A stretch of 10,422 nucleotides of DNA, counting the filler, from an uncultured virus (IMG/VR IMGVR_UViG_2049941000_000142) (lineage: Duplodnaviria; Heunggongvirae; Uroviricota; Caudoviricetes). It is 7 parts of one record of this genome, joined end to end, with 100 filler letters (N's around TTAATTAATTAA, not from the genome) between each part and the next. Parts side by side here need not be neighbours in the genome. Positions count along the whole stretch, not along the records: positions 6,276 to 8,825 come from IMGVR_UViG_2049941000_000142; positions 8,926 to 10,422 come from IMGVR_UViG_2049941000_000142; 5 more parts are not named here. One strand, given 5' to 3'. Within the stretch, counting starts at the first letter, position 1; each line of letters opens with the position of its first letter. The notes under the pieces were generated by a model that was given only the letters and a program-made list of their open reading frames with translations, made no database searches and was not told the origin of the DNA. A program made the translations under genes and the position numbers. Below are positions 7,459-10,422 of the stretch, in pieces.

Positions 7459-7661
7459 GCATCTCCTTTATTATCCGGATAGAATCAAAGAACAATCCGG
7501 AACGAGTTGTCTCTGCATCACCCTGCAGTTCTGATGTCATCCCCGCTCTTTTACCTGCGATGGAAACATCATGGCTACTGGCATGGAGAGCCGTAAGTGA
7601 TAACATCAACAGGCTCTATCTCCCACCCATTGATCTTCGTCACATCACCAAGCTGCTTCAT
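7226..7661 (-). CDS. DNA (cytosine-5) methyltransferase catalytic part (motifs III-VII), interrupted by a 7-nt insert at 7571-7577 (recoded or pseudogene)
   Basis: 7661-7578 reads MKQLGDVTKINGWEIEPVDVITYGSPCQ then TAG. From 7570, in the +1 frame, it reads DVSIAGKRAG...TRSGLFFDSIRIIKEMR...PRFTILENVPGIFSSHNGEDFREVLEE (rest of motif IV, V, VI ENV, VII). Confidence 0.9.
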
Positions 7662-7696
7662 GCTAGTTCCATCACCTCTTTTCCTTTTCCTTATTA

Positions 7697-8163
7697 TTAA
7701 TCGGCTTTCTCTTCGCCGGACTTTATGCCGTACCTCGGCATGAATGTTTTCTCAATGAGAGNNNNNNNNNNATGTTCTTGTTCCACGCCTTGGACGAAAC
7801 GGCAAACGTGTAATCCTCAAAGCCGAGAATCTTCTGCAGGCTGTCGTTGTAATACGCTACTGCTTCCGGCGGAATAGGCACATGGTCTGCCAGGAATCTG
7901 CTGATCAGCATGGATGCTATGCTAAGCCTTAAGACGGGTGCTTTGTCCTCTTCGGGAACATCGTCAAGAGCGGTAAGTTCCGCTTCTCTCTGGACATCGC
8001 TCCTGTCGTCCGGTACATCCTCGTCCTTTACGCTGTCCGACACCTCATCGATGACACCGCACAGGCGAGACAGCTTCTCTTCAGCCGGAAGGTCTTCCCA
8101 TAGCTTANNNNNNNNNNCAAGACAGATCCCCGGTCTTTTCTTTGAATATCTCATAGGGTTCAC
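7697..8163 (-). CDS. Hypothetical protein(s), broken by two 10-N gaps
   Basis: Acidic open frame 8107-7772. After the second gap the better frame reads LIEKTFMPRYGIKSGEEKAD then TAA TAA TAA (first stop 7699-7697). Confidence 0.55.
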
Positions 8164-8165
8164 AG

Positions 8166-8456
8166 CTAAAACCCCCGGCTTTCTATGGCATAAACAACAG
8201 GGAACTGATCAAGCTTCTCCGGATGGGCAAGGAATACCGTTTCGAAATCGAGGTTCAGTATCTTGCATACCTTGTAAGCTTCCGCTACATACCAGTTTCC
8301 CCATGACAGCCTGTTCCATATCGTCCGGAGACTTACACCGAGCATATCGGCAAGCATCTGTCCGCTTACACCCTGCTCCGTCATCGCCGTTGTGATCGCC
8401 ACAGAATCTACCATCCGGTTCTCTGTAGCACAGTAGTCATTCTTTGATGCACTCAT
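8166..8456 (-). CDS. Cro/XRE-family HTH regulator
   Basis: MTEQGVSGQMLADMLGVSLRTIWNRL..GNWYVAEAYKVCKILNL..ETVF. Confidence 0.75.
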   Translation of the reverse strand: MSASKNDYCATENRMVDSVAITTAMTEQGVSGQMLADMLGVSLRTIWNRLSWGNWYVAEAYKVCKILNLDFETVFLAHPEKLDQFPVVYAIESRGF

Positions 8457-8462
8457 ATCTGT

Positions 8463-8825
8463 TCACCACTCATCATCCGGAATTCTCATCCACGCAGCAA
8501 CTGTGATCGTCTCATCGAGGACTGAGCCGTCCGACCTTGTCTCGTACCATATCTTCTTCCGGCTGTCGAACCACAGCACAGCGTAGGTCTTCAGCCTTGA
8601 CCTACCTACCGGAACTACCCTGATGCACAGGTAGTAGTCAGACTCACCCGGATAAGTTCCGGCTACCCACTGGCTTGGCTTCTTACTCCCTGCGAGTACC
8701 GCTTCATCAACACCGAGGGCGGAAGACAGCAAGCTTATCGTTGTCGCTGACGGCTGTTGCTTCTGCCTTTCGATATTGGCGATGGTTATTCTGTGGACTC
8801 CGGATCTCTCAGACAGTTCCGCCTG
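8463..8825 (-). CDS. XRE-HTH fused to a DUF551-like domain, 5' truncated
   Basis: In-frame extension of 8463..8732 gives QAELSERSGVHRITIANIERQKQQPSATTISLLSSALGV (XRE HTH). The C-terminus reads W...YP...YYLC...W...VAAWMRIP. Confidence 0.75.
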   Translation of the reverse strand, partial: QAELSERSGVHRITIANIERQKQQPSATTISLLSSALGVDEAVLAGSKKPSQWVAGTYPGESDYYLCIRVVPVGRSRLKTYAVLWFDSRKKIWYETRSDGSVLDETITVAAWMRIPDDEW

Positions 8826-8925
8826 NNNNNNNNNNNNNNNNNNNNNNNNNNNNNNNNNNNNNNNNNNNNTTAATTAATTAANNNNNNNNNNNNNNNNNNN
8901 NNNNNNNNNNNNNNNNNNNNNNNNN

Positions 8926-9050
8926 AGACAGGATATGTCATAGGCTTTATGGGATAGCCATGCTTCGTGAAGATCCTTTGTCTCCACTATGTCGATGAGG
9001 AAGTCTCCGTCTGTAAAGCGTTTGATCTTGTATCCGATTGCTTCTTTCAT
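8926..9050 (-). CDS. Hypothetical phage protein, 3' truncated (not in the ORF track)
   Basis: AAGGAG 7 nt before ATG 9050. Reads MKEAIGYKIKRFTDGDFLIDIVETKDLHEAWLSHKAYDISC. Confidence 0.65.
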
Positions 9051-9065
9051 TTCATATCTCCTTTC

Positions 9066-9347
9066 TTATTCCTCTGCTGTGGCCGCTTCAATTGCCATCC
9101 GGATGAATTCCTTAATTGGTTCGTGTGCTACCACATCTCCAGTGAGACGATCTGTGCTGACAACTTCCTCGTCATTGATGACGATGAAATCCTGGTAGTC
9201 CCAGTCGGTAAGATGCTTTAGGTTCAGCTTGGCATCTTCGGAAAGAGCCAGCCATTCCTCTCTGTCGAGGTGTTCGTCGATGAGATCGTACGCATCGTGG
9301 TAAACGCAGATGTTGCTGATCTCTGTGGTGTTGATGATTGCTTTCAT
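9066..9347 (-). CDS. Small acidic hypothetical protein
   Basis: 93-aa complete ORF with a strong AAGGAGG RBS. Confidence 0.8.
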   Translation of the reverse strand: MKAIINTTEISNICVYHDAYDLIDEHLDREEWLALSEDAKLNLKHLTDWDYQDFIVINDEEVVSTDRLTGDVVAHEPIKEFIRMAIEAATAEE

Positions 9348-9940
9348 TGTTCAGTCCTCCTTAGTCATCGAACCAGTCCNNNNNNNNNNGTCCAATGCTT
9401 CCGGCGATGCTGTTAAGAAGAAATATGGTATCAAGAAGCTNNNNNNNNNNNNNNNNNNNNNNNNNNNNNNNNNNNNNNNNNNNNNNNNNNNNNNNNNNNN
9501 NNNNNNNNNNNNNNNNNNNNNNNNNNNNNNNNNNNNNNNNNNNNNNNNNNNNNNNNNNNNNNNNNNNNNNNNNNNNNNNNNNNNNNNNNNNNNNNNNNNN
9601 NNNNNNNNNNNNNNNNNNNNNNNNNNNNNNNNNNNNNNNNNNNNNNNNNNNNNNNNNNNNNNNNNNNNNNNNNNNNNNNNNNNNNNNNNNNNNNNNNNNN
9701 NNNNNNNNNNNNNNNNNNNNNNNNNNNNNNNNNNNNNNNNNNNNNNNNNNNNNNNNNNNNNNNNNNNNNNNNNNNNNNNNNNNNNNNNNNNNNNNNNNNN
9801 NNNNNNNNNNNNNNNNNNNNNNNNNNNNNNNNNNNNNNNNNNNNNNNNNNNNNNNNNNNNNNNNNNNNNNNNNNNNNNNNNNNNNNNNNNNNNNNNNNNN
9901 NNNNNNNNNNNNNNNNNNNNNNNNNNNNNNNNNNNNNNNN

Positions 9941-10152
9941 TCCAGGGTATCGTAATACTGCATGAGTTCTTCCTCGCTGTTCAACAGCGTGAGATCGATT
10001 GTTCCGTAGGTGTTCATGACTTCTTCTCTCTCGCAGAAATTGCAGAAGATGTTTTCACCATCTCTGTGGAATCTCTCTCCGGCAAGGGTAGTCATGTGGA
10101 AGTGTCCACACTCCGAGCATCTCCAAAGGTCTGCTAAAAGTTTCTTACTCAT
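9941..10152 (-). CDS. Putative zinc-ribbon protein, 3' truncated
   Basis: WRCSECGH...IFCNFC, with an AAAGGAG RBS. Confidence 0.7.
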
Positions 10153-10178
10153 TGTTCAGTTCTCCTTTNNNNNNNNNN

Positions 10179-10268
10179 TTTGTTCTTTCTGATAGTCGGA
10201 ATGTCTGAAGAAATGCGGATGAGTACATCCTCTGCTTCTGCTATCCGGTCGATGATTTCCTGTGGCAT
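10179..10268 (-). CDS. Hypothetical protein, 5' fragment
   Basis: AAAGGAG RBS, then MPQEIIDRIAEAEDVLIRISSDIPTIRKNK running into a gap. Confidence 0.6.
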
Positions 10269-10270
10269 GG

Positions 10271-10422
10271 TTAGTTCTCCTTTCTTTCCTCGGAGTCAAA
10301 GCCGAGGTCTCTTCTGATTCGATCGACAGGGAAGTTCCGGATGTCGTGATACTCTAGCCAATCCATATAGGACATATCGAATATTCCGGCATCAACTCCA
10401 ACTCTCACCGCCTGGATGTACT
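10271..10422 (-). CDS. 3' end of a hypothetical protein entering from the right edge
   Basis: YIQAVRVGVDAGIFDMSYMDWLEYHDIRNFPVDRIRRDLGFDSEERKEN*, with the stop 2 nt before the next ATG. Confidence 0.6.
   Translation of the reverse strand, partial: YIQAVRVGVDAGIFDMSYMDWLEYHDIRNFPVDRIRRDLGFDSEERKEN

Larger units (their letters stand above)
9345..10283 (-). repeat. Dispersed start-associated leader repeat AAGGAG(A/G)ACT(G)AAC(A/C)ATG
   Basis: AAGGAGGACTGAACAATG (9362-9345), AAGGAGAACTGAACAATG (10167-10150) and AAGGAGAACTAACCATG (10282-10266). Confidence 0.7.

Noticed and set aside
7575..7577. Genome-wide TAG reassignment (genetic code 15) explaining the MTase stop
   Set aside because: Readthrough meets TGA one codon later and does not fix the +1 frame. 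The polymerase ends at a TAG (3958-3956), and other genes are not peppered with TAG.
7571..7609. MTase starting at 7609 (MMLSLTALHASSHDV...) as in the ORF track
   Set aside because: It would lack the catalytic Pro-Cys and has no evident RBS. The true motif III-IV sequence is in the other frame.
1093..8881. Six copies of TTAATTAATTAA as a biological repeat or CRISPR-like array
   Set aside because: Each is centred in an exact 100-nt N-padded block and stops all six frames, so it is an assembly linker.
9361..10152. One 263-aa protein
   Set aside because: It is mostly a 500-N gap. Given local gene sizes, the two ends probably belong to different small genes.
82..10192. Plus-strand ORFs (e.g. 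82..1104, 2044..2838, 4097..4555, 5335..5811, 7910..8395, 9310..10137)
   Set aside because: They are antisense shadows of well-supported minus-strand genes, are often inflated by N runs, and show no recognisable motifs.
1..10422. tRNA, rRNA, CRISPR array, integrase or transposase
   Set aside because: No supporting sequence pattern was seen in the called bases.

Overview
Gapped draft of a tailed phage or prophage early/replication region, probably from a Firmicutes (Clostridia-like) host. Essentially all real genes are on the minus strand. Six artificial 100-nt linkers (44N-TTAATTAATTAA-44N), several ~10-N gaps and three ~400-500-N gaps break the window, so many ORFs in the supplied track are chimeric or truncated; I re-read the frames by hand. 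In transcription order (right to left): small early genes sharing a repeated RBS/leader motif; an XRE-HTH/DUF551-like fusion; a Cro-like HTH; a highly unusual C5 cytosine methyltransferase locus; a family A DNA polymerase (Leu762 type) with an HNH endonuclease fragment between its two halves; small Cys-rich proteins and a DUF6378-like protein; a primase start followed by a GIY-YIG/NUMOD1 endonuclease fragment; a HAD hydrolase; an ArpU/RinA-like regulator; the rest of the primase and a RepA/AAA_25-like helicase; then a sigma-A promoter with a palindromic operator. The most notable system is the methyltransferase. It starts at motif III with no motif I. Its catalytic PCQ|D motif is interrupted by a 7-nt insert (CAG-TAG-C-CAT-GAT) shaped like a stop-hop translational bypass. 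It has a nested alternate-frame ORF with its own RBS (M.EcoHK31I beta-like arrangement). It also carries an array of ~35-aa TRD-like modules, part of which is separately translated. Family assignments are from motif recognition only; no database searches were run.
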